NCBI GenBank assembly: GCA_964016885.1
Contig: OZ024743.1
Span: forward strand, 231,446,001 to 231,510,000
DNA length: 64,000 bases
Source: Eledone cirrhosa
Lineage: Eukaryota
Reading direction: 5' to 3'
Part shown: one piece after another, positions 46,301 to 59,640 of the stretch
Layout: each line of letters opens with the position of its first letter
Position numbering within the stretch: the stretch's first letter is position 1
Notes under the pieces: model-generated
What the model saw: the letters and a program-made list of their open reading frames with translations, nothing else
Database searches by the model: none
What the model was told of the DNA's origin: nothing
Position numbers and translations under genes: made by a program

Positions 46301-47264
46301 TCCATACACGTATACGGTCAAAAGCTGAAGGCTGCTGACACATTTGTTGCTCTCTGGATGCAGAAGTTGGTTTACGTGTTAGTAAGGCAAGTGAGTCATT
46401 TGGAAGGCTCAACGACCGTCTTTGGTGCAGGCGAGAAATACAATGAGGACCAATGTGAGAGTGTATGCTGCATGTGTACTGTCAGCTTTGCTGTATGCAT
46501 GTCAGACATGGGTTGCCTACAAACGACATATCCACAGACTGGAACGGTTTCACCAGCAGTGTCTCAGAAAGATTATTGGTATCAAGTGGCAGATGCATGT
46601 GAGTGATGTTGAGGTCCTTGGGAGAAGTGAGTGTCGGGGCATTGAGAGTATCATCCACCAACGACGTTTGCGATGGACCGGACACCTCTGCAGAATAGAA
46701 GATGATAGAATCCCAAAACAACTCTTGTATGGCGAGTTTTGTGAGGGTAAGGGACAACCTCACAAACCAAAGCTCCGATTCAAGGATTGTGTAAAGGACT
46801 CATCGAATAAAACTGGTTTGAAGATGGCTGACTGGGAGATAGAAGCTCTTGAAAGAGAAACTTGGCGTGGAATGGTGGATGATAGGGTCCATAATTTTGA
46901 GGACAGACGCATAGATCACGAGAAGATCAAAAGGGATGTGCGTAAGCAATGCCCTGGTGTATCATTCGAAACGATCGGTCTCTCCATTGAATTTAAGTGC
47001 CCTGAGTGTGGAAAAATTTGCTTGAGCAAATCAGGTCTCAGGAGCCACAGTCCCAGCCATGTTCAAAGAGAACAAGTGAACTATGATCTCCACGGTGTTG
47101 TGAGGGTTCACGGGCTACCTGATGCGGGACCTCAAGCCAGGGAGATCCATAGTTATCGTCAGTGTGTATAGGTGTGCAAGTCTCTAGCAGGCTTGAAAAG
47201 CCATATCTGAGCGTCCTACATCTGAATCTGACAAGCGATTGCAATACTAATGGCAGAGTTTGCA

Positions 47265-47272
<8 letters not shown>
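43391..47272 (+). mobile_element. Full-length degenerate RTE-clade LINE inserted in (TA)n
   Basis: 5' UTR, single APE-RT ORF, C-terminal C2H2 finger, short 3' UTR. Confidence 0.92.
43835..47171 (+). pseudogene. RTE APE endonuclease plus reverse transcriptase, several stops and frameshifts
   Basis: IGCWNVRTL, ALSETR, SVYAPT, NYRGISLL, FVDLTKAFD, GVKQG, LYADD, RLRWTGH, CPECGKICLSKSGLRSH. Confidence 0.93.
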
Positions 47273-47312
<40 letters not shown>

Positions 47313-47361
47313 TTTTTGAATTTGTTTAGCAAGATTCTTTATCTGAAAACATGGGTTGAAA

Positions 47362-47880
47362 CCGATATTGTTATACTTTGGGATGGTCATGTCGCTAATA
47401 AGAAACACACGCACCAGTTGCTTTCACTCAAATTTATTATAAATTAAATTTATAAATTTCTGGTTGGTTGATTGGTTCCACAACCGGAGGGTTGTTCATA
47501 TATTGTCAAAGTTCTTTCGTCACACATTCTGTGACCTCTTTAGTGACTGGGGATTCTTTTATTGGTTTTTTACCTCTCCTGTGTTCTGTCCTACGCCATC
47601 TTGTTTTTGTGTGTGACAACACACTTAAAAACAAGATGGCGTAAAACAGAACAAAGGAGAGGCACAAAACAAATAAAATAATCCCTAGAAACTAAAGAGG
47701 TCACAGAATGTGTGACGAAAGAACTTTGACAATATATGAACAACCCTCCGGTTGTGGAACCAACCAACCAACCGGAAATTTATAAATTTTTAACTCAATA
47801 AATTTACTTTATAATAAATTGGAGTGAAAGCAACTGGTGCGTGTGTTTCTTATTGGCAACATGGCTCTCCCAAAGTATAA
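47362..47880. mobile_element. Non-coding fold-back element (family L), probably a PLE pLTR pair
   Basis: ~47375-47610 inverted relative to 47627-47875; weak HHR-like TTGACAA..GAAA tttataaa at 47722-47790. Confidence 0.6.
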
Positions 47881-47912
47881 CAATATATATATATATATAT
47901 ATAGACACACGC

Positions 47913-48006
<94 letters not shown>

Positions 48007-48095
48007 TTCTCTCTTTCCTTTCACTATCCAGGTGGAACTTGAACCGTTAAGGTCTCATTCCTGGATATGTCAATATTTATAAAACAAACTTTGTA

Positions 48096-48152
48096 TTTTG
48101 TCTGATGAGGGCGCACTAAACTTTTGGTACCCTTGAAATATATATAATAGAT
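48096..48152 (+). ncRNA. Hammerhead ribozyme (family C-related fragment 48050-48195)
   Basis: ttttgt CTGATGA gggcgc actaaacttttg gtaccc tt GAAA tatata TA atagat. Confidence 0.75.
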
Positions 48153-48197
48153 TAAATATGGTTTTATAAATATAGTTTCCATTTATTAATATCATTG

Positions 48198-48228
<31 letters not shown>

Positions 48229-48894
48229 TATATAATATATATTTATATATATGCATATATATACATGTGTGTGTGTGTGTGCATATATGTATAAATGAGA
48301 GAGGGGGGGGACGAAGGAAATACGTGCGTGTGTATTCACACGAATATATTTCTCTTCGACTACACAAAGGCATATATTGTTAATTTATCAGTATATTAAT
48401 ACTTGTATATTTAGACAATATTTTATCTGAATTATGTTATATATTTTTCTTTCTACTTTGCCATTAAAATGTTCCCCGTAGTATTTCCACATATAATATA
48501 AAAATTTCCATATTTATTGACTCAATTTTTCTTTCTTTCATGTCTCATTTATGTTAGATTCATGCAATTTAAAATGTCATTTATAATATATTATTTGGTA
48601 GTTTTAAATGTAAGATTGGAGTATATTTTCGTAGCGTAGTTTCCGAAAAGGAAACATGTTTATTGTAATTTTCTGACACTATCTATGCGTATATGTATGA
48701 TTAATATTGTTTCATTCCTCATACTGATATGTACATATATACAGAAATATGAGGACGCGTGCATGGGTGAATCATTTTTCGCGTACTTATCTATGCGACA
48801 CATCTCACCCGTTACGCTCACGAATACAAGAGGGCGAAATGTGGTTCCTACGAAGAGTTTTTGGAGTAACGTTACTCTCAGGAATGAGAGATCA

Positions 48895-49161
48895 CAGCTC
48901 CCATATTATGTACATGTTGTTAGAATGACTCAGGAAAGAATCGCTGGACAGATTGTACGGGCAAAACCAACCAGCAAGAGACCCACGTGTGGTCACCGAA
49001 CAAGATGGTTGGATAACATCCATGAGCTTGAGTGGGGTCTCACTTGACGATTGAACCGGATCAGATGGAGTCGGTTGCTTCTGACAGGACGAGCTGGAAG
49101 GAGTGTTTAGGACACTGCACCCACGACCCTCTCGGGAATAAGTGGGCGAAGGAAAAGAAGA
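48895..49161 (+). mobile_element. 3' end fragment of an RTE-like LINE
   Basis: YYVHVVRMTQER..KRPTCGHRTRWLDNI resembles the RTE C-terminal GHV.RM..R..RP.GRP..RW.D motif; ends in a GAA-rich tail. Confidence 0.6.
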
Positions 49162-49456
49162 GTATGTATAGTTGAGAAATAGATTTAATGTTCAGTTAAG
49201 GCGTGTTTAAATATGTATATATACATATTTTCCGTTATCCACAATTTCTCTTGACAAGCTTGATTGAAATTAATCGTTATGATTTCTGCGAATTTAATTA
49301 TATTCGATGTTAGGATAACTTTGTAACTGACTGTATTGTCATTTTTGTCAGCTAGCCAAATTTTTGTTCCTTGACGTCAGCAAATGTATTTATATATGCA
49401 TGTAATAGCCTTTCAACACATAGTTACAATGAATATATATATATATATATATATAT

Positions 49457-49629
49457 AAGAACCAGTAAGACCCCGACAGCTGAGCTCAAGCCGTTTCGAC
49501 GGCTAATTCGAAACGGCTTGAGCTCAGCTGTCGGGGTCTTACTGGTTCCTATTACCCACTCTACTACCTCAAGTATTGAGTACTTTGGTGCGTTATGGTC
49601 CACCTGGTTCCTTACCACATTTCCTTCGT

Positions 49630-49630
<1 letters not shown>
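49457..49630 (+). mobile_element. Ultra-short family D PLE insertion: perfect 41-bp hairpin plus tail
   Basis: 49459-49499 is the exact reverse complement of 49508-49548; carries an HHR 3' half (GAAA cggct..agctg TC gggg). Confidence 0.75.
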
Positions 49631-49670
<40 letters not shown>

Positions 49671-49863
49671 ATATATATATATTTATATCAGATTGATTTT
49701 TGTGCTTGCACGTGTAGTGTATGTATGCATGTTTGTATAACAGGGAAGAATTATGTATATTGCTTAAATAGAAATATGCATAGATTTTATTAGATATATG
49801 TATGTAAATACTGTTGGTTTATACGGAAACATCGAAACTCACGTATAATGCATATACATATAC

Positions 49864-49896
<33 letters not shown>

Positions 49897-50244
49897 TATA
49901 TACACATCTATATATCATACGTGAGTTTCGGTATTTACCGGCACATATCTAATAATATTAATATATATAAATATATATATATACATGTACATATATTATA
50001 TACGTGCGTGTTGTTTGTGTGTGTGGGTGTGTGTTTGTGCGTCCGTATGTGTGCATGTACGTACATATGTATACAGAGATAGACAGATTGAGAGACGTAT
50101 TGTCATAAGTGATATACTATAAATATTATCGCAGCAGTGACATTATCCGATTTTACTCGTTGATACATATACGCACGCAACTCATATACATACGCACGCA
50201 CCTCACTCACAATTGCACACAGAAACAATTATATACATATATAT

Positions 50245-50296
<52 letters not shown>

Positions 50297-50325
50297 TAGA
50301 TAGATAGATAGATAGATAGATACAC

Positions 50326-50427
<102 letters not shown>

Positions 50428-51167
50428 ATAACGAGGTGAGGGGGAAGAAAGCGACATACATATCTTAAAAACTAAGGCAATGTTCTTGTAATATGTATGT
50501 AAATATGTACATTTGTATTAACTATATATCCAAAACGAAGAAAATCAATTGGTAATATTTTACGTTAATATAAAATTCTGCAGACATTTCTATTCAGCTA
50601 TTTATGTATGAGAACGAGTATATCGTAATGTGTTATATTAATTTTATTATAGTGAAAACATATCAAATATAGAAAGATGTGAAAATTACTTCTTGAGTAA
50701 CACTGAACAATTGGCATATAGTTAACATTGAATATATATACTTTTTTTTATTTAGCCTTTAGTAATTGGTTCTTTAAATAATAGGTATATGTTGGTAGCT
50801 TCAAGCATTTAAATGGTAATTACTTTTATATAAATATATTCGTTCCACCACCGTTTGTTATTTTCTTGTCTTATTTGATTTATTTTTTTTTTTTTTATAT
50901 TTGAAAGACAAAATGGAAATACATTGAATATATTTTTTTTGCGTCTATTTTTTTCATGGTTGCTTTTTTTTTCTTTACTGTGGCTAACGAAATTAATTTT
51001 ATTTCTTTTTACCTATGCTTCTGTATATAATACACAAGATTTTGATACAAGTCACTCAAATGACAGTAGAATTTTAAATACACAGACACTCACGCACATC
51101 TTTCTCTCTAGCCCTCTCCCCCCCCCCTCTTTATATGTATACATATATACATACATACATACATAAA

Positions 51168-51223
<56 letters not shown>

Positions 51224-51739
51224 AAAGAATAGAGGTGTAGCACACAAGTTATTATATATTGGTAAACGGAATAGAAAATGCTGACAAATTGTTCACAGTT
51301 GAAAAATGGTTTAATTAGGAATAAAAGAGTATTAGTGATTGTATGGGTTAGTATTCAGTTGTGGTTTTAAGTTTTTAAGTTTTTACCGGTTGCGCATTTC
51401 TAAATGCTTTTCAAAAATAATTTTGAGATAGAGTGTCCGTGCTGTTTGCTCTGATCTGATTAGTTTTGGGAATTCTACCTGTTTTTATGTTTAAAAAATG
51501 GCTCCAGCGTTATTTTTGTGTTGCAAAAATGCTTGTGGTCAAAACAATTTTGATTGGTCGGTAGAGGTCATGTGAATGTAAAAAGTTGATTTTGCGCCAA
51601 GACTGTTTTTATGTTAAAATGTTAGAAAAGTGGCTCCAGCAAAAATTATTGGTCAAAACAATTTTGATTGGTCGGTAGAGGTCATGTGGATAAAAAATTG
51701 GTTTTGCGCCAAGATTGAGAAATGACTCTTTCACAACAA

Positions 51740-51809
<70 letters not shown>

Positions 51810-52041
51810 TAGTAGTAGTAAGGTGTTCGATGCTGCGACAATAGCCAGCAGCGATGTGTGTCAAATGGCTATTAAGATAAGTGTGTGTGTGTGTGTGTGT
51901 GTGCGTACATACACACAGCAGAGTCATTCGAAGGTCAAAAGATATTTTTCAGCATTTGTCTTATACGGAGAAGTGCGTGTGTGTGTGTGTGTGTATAAGT
52001 CTCTTTGTATGTTGATGTACGCGTGTGTATGTGTTTGTGTA

Positions 52042-52876
52042 CCCTAGACACGTTAAAATTAATATTCCCTACAACTTAGCCAAGAGAATCTGTACTATAG
52101 TCTCCAATAAAAACATCTGCTACTTACGGCTACAAGAACTAAAGGACACACTCATAGGCAGGGACTACCCTGCATCACTAATTGACAATGGAATCCAACG
52201 TGCCCTAAAACTCAGTACCCAGGAACTTAGACACCCTAAAGTAAATCAACCAAAACTAAAAGTTATTCCATACATCTCCACACACAACCCCCTCAACAAT
52301 GAGGCCTTTGACACCATCCTCCAGAACATCCCTGTATTGAAAAAGGACCATAGAATGAACCAAATTCTACGAACACACGATATCATAAAGAGCAAAAGAC
52401 AATCCAAGTCAATGAAAAACATCTTAACACATGCCAAAGTACTGCCAACCGCAACAACGAAACCCACAGTAAAAAAATGCGATTGACCCAACTGTGGCAT
52501 TTGCATCAACCTAATAGAGGGTTCGGAATTCTATTTCAAAGATGGACAACGTTTTATAGTAAAACACAATTTCACATGTGCATCGGAAAATTTAATATAT
52601 GTATTAACTTGTTCAGGTTGTCGAGAACAATACATAGGCCAGACCAAAAACAGCCTCCGCCAACGCATGACTGTCCATAGATCCCAAATTAAAATACGGG
52701 AATACAGGAAAATACCACTGAGTGAACACATTGATACCTGTGCCGCCCAAAATCATCCCAACTTCAGAATCTTTCCCCTCTACAAATTTAAAGATAATGC
52801 CACCCACACCCAGCGCATCAGCAAGGAATCTTACTTCATTAACAAATACGGACCCCGTCTAAACACTTCTCCCTAA
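52042..52876 (+). pseudogene. Neptune-type PLE thumb/GIY-YIG fragment, one in-frame TGA
   Basis: PRHVKINIPYNLAKRICTIVS, KKCD*PNCGIC, LIYVLTCSGCREQYIGQT; close to 38680-39480. Confidence 0.88.
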
Positions 52877-53274
52877 GACGAACCCACAACATACACACGT
52901 CAACATACATACCTACATCAGCACACATCTCTACCCACATATAAACACAATGACACACGTAAACACACATGCTCTATGGTGCAATACAAAAAAATATATG
53001 TGCATATATATGTATGTATATATGTATATATATATATATATGTAGTGAAAATATATATGTGTGTGTGTGTGTGTATATATATATAGTGAATATCATTTCA
53101 CACCTTTTATTGTTAAGATTGTTGATGTTCTATTAAGAGAACCGATTTTACTGAAAAAATCGAATAATGTACACCATTTTACCAGGGGGAAAAAAATACT
53201 GGTCCACCCACACACACACACACATATATATACACAAACACATACACACGCGTACATCAACATACAAAGAGAAT

Positions 53275-53309
<35 letters not shown>

Positions 53310-53470
53310 TTCTCCGTATAAGACAAAAGCTGAAAAATATCTTTTGACCTTCGAATGACTCTGCTGTGTGTGTGTACGCACACACACACACACACACACT
53401 TATCTTAATAGCCATTTGACACACATCGCTGCTGGCTATTGTCGCAGCATCGAACACCTTACTACTACTA

Positions 53471-53508
<38 letters not shown>

Positions 53509-53830
53509 TTGTTGTGAAAGAGTCATTTCTCAATCTTGGCGCAAAACCAATTTTTTATCCACATGACCTCTACCGACCAATCAAAATTGTTTTGACCAAT
53601 AATTTTTGCTGGAGCCATTTTTCTAACATTTTAACATAAAAACAGTCTTGGCGCAAAATCAACTGTTTACATTCACATGACCTCTACCGACCAATCAAAA
53701 TTGTTTTGACCACAAGCATTTTTGCAACACAAAAATAACGCTGGAGCCATTTTTTTAACATAAAAACAGGTAGAATTCCCAAAACTAATCAGATCAGAGC
53801 AAACAGCACGGACACTCTATCTCAAAATTA

Positions 53831-53867
53831 TTTTTGAAAAGCATTTAGAAATGCGCAACCGGTAAAA
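53831..53867 (+). ncRNA. Hammerhead-like motif with U3-A8 core and GCAA instead of GAAA (inverted copy ~51381-51417)
   Basis: ttt TTGAAAA gcattt ag aaatgc GCAA ccgg TA aaa. Confidence 0.6.
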
Positions 53868-54012
53868 ACTTAAAAACTTAAAACCACAACTGAATACTAA
53901 CCCATACAATCACTAATACTCTTTTATTCCTAATTAAACCATTTTTCAACTGTGAACAATTTGTCAGCATTTTCTATTCCGTTTACCAATATATATATAT
54001 ATATACATATAT

Positions 54013-54277
54013 AGGAAAAAGTATAACCCCGACGGCAGAGCTTAAGCCGTTTCGACGGCTATTTCTGTACTAAATTAGAATTTTTAGCCTGGTGAATAAA
54101 TAGCGGGCTATTTATTCACCAGACTAAAAATTCTAATTTAGTCCAGAAATAGCCGTCGAAACGTCTTGAGCTCTGCCGTCGGGGTCATACTTTTTCCTAT
54201 TTCCCACTCTACTACCCTAAGTATTGAGTACTCTGGTGCGTTATGGTCCATTTGGTTCCTTACCACAATTTCTTTGT
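54013..54277 (+). mobile_element. Family D short fold-back PLE insertion plus tail
   Basis: ~90-bp arms 54013-54104 / 54107-54198; tail matches 49551-49620. Confidence 0.75.
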
Positions 54278-54292
54278 TATATACATATATAT

Positions 54293-54510
54293 AGAGGTAA
54301 AGAGTCAGGACCCCGACAGCTGAGTTCCGGCCGTTTCAACAGTTTCATCCGACCTCACTACGACAGCTAGATCCGACATCAATTCGGGTCTAGCAGTCGA
54401 AACGGCCTGTGCTCAGCCGTCGGTGTCCTGAATATTCTCCTATTACCCACTCTACTGCCCTAAGTAATTAGTGCTCTTGTGCATTATGGTCCCCCTGGTA
54501 TCTTACCACA
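54293..54510 (+). mobile_element. Diverged family D insertion
   Basis: caggaccccgacagctgag..gaaacggcctgtgctcagccgtcggtgtcctg plus tail. Confidence 0.65.
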
Positions 54511-54524
54511 CTCTCTCTGTTCTT

Positions 54525-54603
<79 letters not shown>

Positions 54604-54604
<1 letters not shown>

Positions 54605-56130
54605 GCATTAAAACAACAGAAGTCAGGACTGGAAATTTACATTAGAACTTTAGTTCCTCGAAAGCACTATACATATTTCAATGGCCGAGCCTTATCAACC
54701 GATTATGATGTGCGAATAGATAACAAGAAAGTACATCATACATCCCAATTGCGAGTTGTTTGGTCATGTTTTCTCTAAACAGTCGATTCCCCCCTCATCT
54801 GTTTACTGTGCAAGAATTTGTCACCATGCGAAGATGCCCAAAGATATCGTGTTATCCGCTTTCCCAACTGAAGTCCTCCCCTGGGATGGAAACATTATTA
54901 CCATAGACTTATCGATCCAACACACTCGAATATTGGTGTGCACTTTTATTTACAGGAAAAGGGGAAGAAAAATCTTAGGCGTGTCGATTGCACGAGATAA
55001 TAAGTCGCTGAAGTCGATTTGAATGACATCAAACGAATCAAAATTGAATATGGAAATAGTGTTATGTCCTTAGACATCAGCATCAGTAACACTTGTATAC
55101 ACCAACGATGTAATACAAAAATTGAACCTGGTTTCACAAAATACCTCATGTCTGGCTTGCCGCCACCACATACTTCAACTAGTTTTGAAGAAATGTTTTG
55201 AGATCTTTTGCACATCTGCTTCCAGTATCCCACTGATCACAATGTTCCAGAAATATTATGACTTCATCGATAAGTCTCATTATCAACCACCTGAACCCTG
55301 ATGAGCCCATGGAAGAGCTTTACAAGCAGATTACGGAAGAAACGTTTGTATATTTACTAACTGTACAGCTTTCTGGAGATAATCCGTCAAAAGACTAAAA
55401 CCAGTAAATAAATCATTTTCATTTTTATTTCAGTGGTTGGCCATCTTCCCAGTTCTTCTTCGCAGTCTCAGGAGTTTACCAGGATCGTTGTATGGTTATG
55501 GCCATATTTGTGATGAAAATAGTTCTGTTTAAAGAACAACTTGAGCTTACACCGTGTAAGTCGAGAGATCTAAAAGACGTCGCTTACCTTGTGAATTTGG
55601 TGTATGTAAAATTCTGGATCAAAACCACGGTTCCCATATTGGCGCTGAAAATGATCTCGATTTATTGAAACAGCTGCCAATGTATCCTGACTAAAAGATC
55701 GGAACCGAGGCAGAAGCGATTCTTCGGCGTCATCTGTAGTACTTGTTAGAAGAGTTACTAGCATTGGCTTTCTTTTACGAAAACTTGTACTGGAAGAGAA
55801 AAGAAAAGTATTCCGAAATCTAACAAGAGTAAAGAAAGAATGGTATGAAGTATATCGAAAGGAGAGAAATGGCTTCTGGCAACAAAGAACTGAGCTGCGA
55901 TAAAAACAGATAACAATTTTCCATTTGCTCGTCATCGCCCCAAACGATTTGGACTTTTGCACTGTCGACGATATCTAAGCATTTGGAGATGCTTGGAAAG
56001 TAGTGAACAACGACACTTCTAATCGAGATATTTGTTTCATAAAGAGGTTTATTGATTCTACGAAGGATGAAAATCAGAAACATTTCCTCTTAAAGGTTGT
56101 TGTGGAGTAAAGAAATAAATTCCCCAGAGC
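54604..56130 (+). pseudogene. Degenerate hAT-like (hATm-type) DNA transposase
   Basis: LACRHHILQLVL, DRCMVMAIFVMKIVLFKEQLELT (cf. ARWM.K.IY.LK..LF), KVVNND..KDENQKHFLLKVV; many frameshifts; no TIRs identified. Confidence 0.65.
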
Positions 56131-56578
56131 ACAAAGAAGTCGTTACCGGTAATAAATTTCATTCATAAAATGTATTTGTCTCTGTAACCCTAATAATCGT
56201 GTATTTAGAATGTATCCATCCTTCTTATTTTCATTTCATTTCATTCTGTCATTTGAATTCAGTAAAGTGAACAAAAAATATAACACAGAGCCAGATCCAA
56301 AATATCATTATAAATAAAAAGATGCGCAAGTATGCAACCTTGAAATATTCGATTGAACTATAATCCGGCATACATCGTTATCTCATCAACTCAAATACCA
56401 ACCTAATCGACATGATATAATTGGATGTAAATGGTATTTCTTAGAACAATTTTAGAATACGAATGCGCTGGGGAATCATATTTCTTAAGTAATTTGATCG
56501 AAATATTTGAAGTTTGATTGGTACTGAGAAATTCAAGGAGCGATTATAGCAACCGTGTGTATTTTTATTATTTACGGA

Positions 56579-56697
56579 TTGAGTTCAAATCCCGCCGAGG
56601 TTAACTTTGCCTTTCATCCTTACGGGGTCGATAAAATAAAGTACTAGTAATACACTGGGATAATTGCTGGCCTTGTGCCAAAAGTAGAAATAATTAT
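56579..56697 (+). mobile_element. tRNA-derived SINE with a Meta-like core
   Basis: gagttcaaatcc B box; gcctttcatccttacggggtcgataaaataaagtac core; same family as 26436-26551. Confidence 0.8.
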
Positions 56698-57850
56698 TTG
56701 TAACACTTGTAGGGCCATCAATATAACAAATTTTGTCTTTGAAACATCTTCTTGAAGAACATCATTATGGTGCTTAGACCAGTCAGCAATAAATTGTTCT
56801 TTAGTAAGAGAGAGGAGGACAACAATGGAATGAAATGGTGTAAGGATAAAGGAGAATGGTTATAAGTAAAGATAGAAGGAAAGAGTAAGAAACAAGGATA
56901 AAATAATGAATAAAAGGTATATTAATGCTATTGACGGCGAAAGAAGGTAAATATAAATATTGCTATGTTATATAAAAACTAAGATGCATCACATACTGTT
57001 CCGAATGGGTACATAGTTAATTCAGGAACAATAAAATAACAGTAGTGATGTAGTTAAAAAAAAAGAGTCTCTAGATTTTTGAGAACATCCTAACAGAAGA
57101 AAATAAATCAATGCGGTAGAGAAATAATAGAATCTGTTAGACACACAGTGACTAATAACAGAATGCTTTAAGTTTGCGTGTCTCACATATATGCGTAGCT
57201 TGTGAATAAAACAATTCAAGGGGTGTCGCTGGCCGTGGTGATCGCCAAACATGTTTTGTAATGTATCGTCTTATTGGCTAATCAACCAACGAGAGTAATT
57301 GTTGCTCAAAAGCATCCTCCATTTTCTTTGCACGTTTATTTATCGTTTCGCTTTCGAATCTTCCTCTTGTATTTCGTCGTTTAACATCAAAATATTTCTC
57401 TCGTTTTGGTAAGTTACATTCTTAATTTATATATGATTTTTAAAAATGTATATTAACTATTTTTTTTCAGTTCGTTATAACATGCTTATAATATTGGTTG
57501 TATCATATTTACTTGTATATTTGTCCATATTATTGTTCGTTTTATGTTAGATTATTTTATTATTAGTGTTAGATTATTTTTTTATTATTATGTTAGACTA
57601 TGTGTATGTAATAATTAATTTTTATTAATTCAACTATAACAATTATTATGTAAAATATATTTATTTAATATTGATTGTTTTTTGTATTTGTTTATATTAA
57701 AAGTCTGAAAATATTTTTATACATCTTACAATAATATTTATAAGATCGTTTATAAAATAACAATTATATAATCTAATTACATTACAACGATAATTTATTA
57801 ATAATATATATCATGTTTAACTAGAGTTATTACAGGCGTTGACTTAAACA

Positions 57851-58141
57851 AATATTAAACTAGACCTGAAAAGTGCGCAAGCTCAAAAGTGTCACAGAAT
57901 GTTATAATAAACTTTCAAAAGTGTGGAACTAGAGTTGTTGCTCAAAAATATTGTAATCATTATCTATCGTACATTCTGTGGCATCCTTTATAAAAATATC
58001 ACAATAAATACATCTGGAGTGTACGATAGATAATGATTACAATAATTTTCAGCAACAACTCTAGTCCCACACTTTTGAAGGTTTATTATAACATTCTGTG
58101 GGTCTTTTGAGCTTGCGCATTTTTCAGGTCTAGTTAATATT
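57851..58141. repeat. Fold-back inverted repeat (~125-bp arms, ~38-bp spacer), MITE-like
   Basis: aactagacctgaaaa..tatcgtaca vs tgtacgata..ttttcaggtctagtt. Confidence 0.7.
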
Positions 58142-58829
58142 GACCCGAGGTAAATGTAGAAATCTAGATTTTTAATGTCTATATTTGCAGTTAAATATCG
58201 AAGCTTTGCAAAAAAGTAATTACTAATGTTTTCCACATCAGCGTGAAGTAACAAGTGAAAACTTGATATAACACTAACACAAATGTCGGTAAATTTATAG
58301 AGCCTTGCTTTTGGTGAGAAAACATTATTTTCCTCGTGTGTTTTTTGGGGTTTTTTTTCGTGTGCTATCATCCAATCTGACATTCAAGATTCTCCTAATT
58401 GACATTTTACCAGGAAAACAGGAGTCGGGTGGGTGAGCCACTCATCGCCCCGACCTCCTCACAGTTTTCTGTATGTTTGTTCTTTTGTTTTCGTGTGTTA
58501 TCAAAGAATATGACCACCAAACTAGTTAGAAACGACTACCTTTATAGAAAAGGGAGGTGAGGAAACGGGCAGAAAGACCATCGAAGTTTCGCAGATCTAT
58601 ACATCCATCCTTGCATTTAGTGGGAAATAATTATTTTTCTTCGGCGATGTCGTGTTGTCAACAAATCTGACCTCCAAGATTCTCAGAATCGATGTTTCTC
58701 CTGGATTAGGGTATATATCAACGTACATTTGTTTATATTTACGAAGGCCTAAACATATAATTCAGGTAGGTCTTTTATGTTCTAATTTCCTGAAACAAAG
58801 TGTTATATTATAGAGAATACCACAGAGGA

Positions 58830-59400
58830 ATCTGCTCTGATTAACATCCTCATGTCCATTGAATTCCTCACTAAACCTTATTTTGTTGTCCGCCACTATT
58901 TGCATGGCTTCAACTGCTCTCACAATCCAGCCACCGATCTATACCTAGATTCCTTATGGGTCACCAGATACCAAATCGGGATAACCTGAAGAAGGCTTTC
59001 TCTAGATGAAAGAACACATAGCAACCTACACTTAGCGAGAAACTTTTCTTGTAAATGTCTCACTAAGAAGAGGGAATGTGTGATGCTCTTTAATGACATA
59101 AAATCAAATTGCATCTCATCGCATTTGAAACTTCACGCACAAATTACGCTGAAACTATTTGTGTCAATTTCATAAATTGGTCCATAGGTTTTATGCCTCT
59201 GTAGACGAGGCTTTCTAGAGCAGCACATTTACCATCATAACAAATAAGACATTGCATATGGTACGATCATGTATAATGTAATTTACAATGCGGGTGACTA
59301 TATGAATTTGAACTTCACATGATGACTACAAGATCCCAGCATCTGACAGTCCAACTGCTTTTCAATTTTTCTATTTCTTGATAGATTCTAAAATATTATG
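58830..59400 (-). pseudogene. Old RTE-like RT fragment
   Basis: MQFDFM..SITHSLFLVRHLQEK resembles QFGFM..ST.DAIF..RQLQEK. Confidence 0.55.
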
Positions 59401-59559
59401 ACTGTCAACGTCCATTTAAGGTCCGTCGAATCGTTGTACACGTTATCAACTTTTCGAAATAGTGTTTCCAAGTGTCTTTCTTCTGCGCATCATTGAGTGT
59501 AAGTACGCAGGTGCCATCCTGCACACACGTTTACCTAACCAAAGCCTGTTTCATATTTA

Positions 59560-59635
<76 letters not shown>

Positions 59636-59640
<5 letters not shown>

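Larger units (their letters stand above)
51220..53991 (+). mobile_element. 5'-truncated Neptune-type PLE (family O) with ~790-bp near-identical inverted arms
   Basis: 51255-52041 inverted relative to 53231-53991; EN fragment between. Confidence 0.88.

Noticed and set aside
56581-56600. tRNA gene
   Set aside because: Only a B-box-like remnant inside a SINE; no cloverleaf
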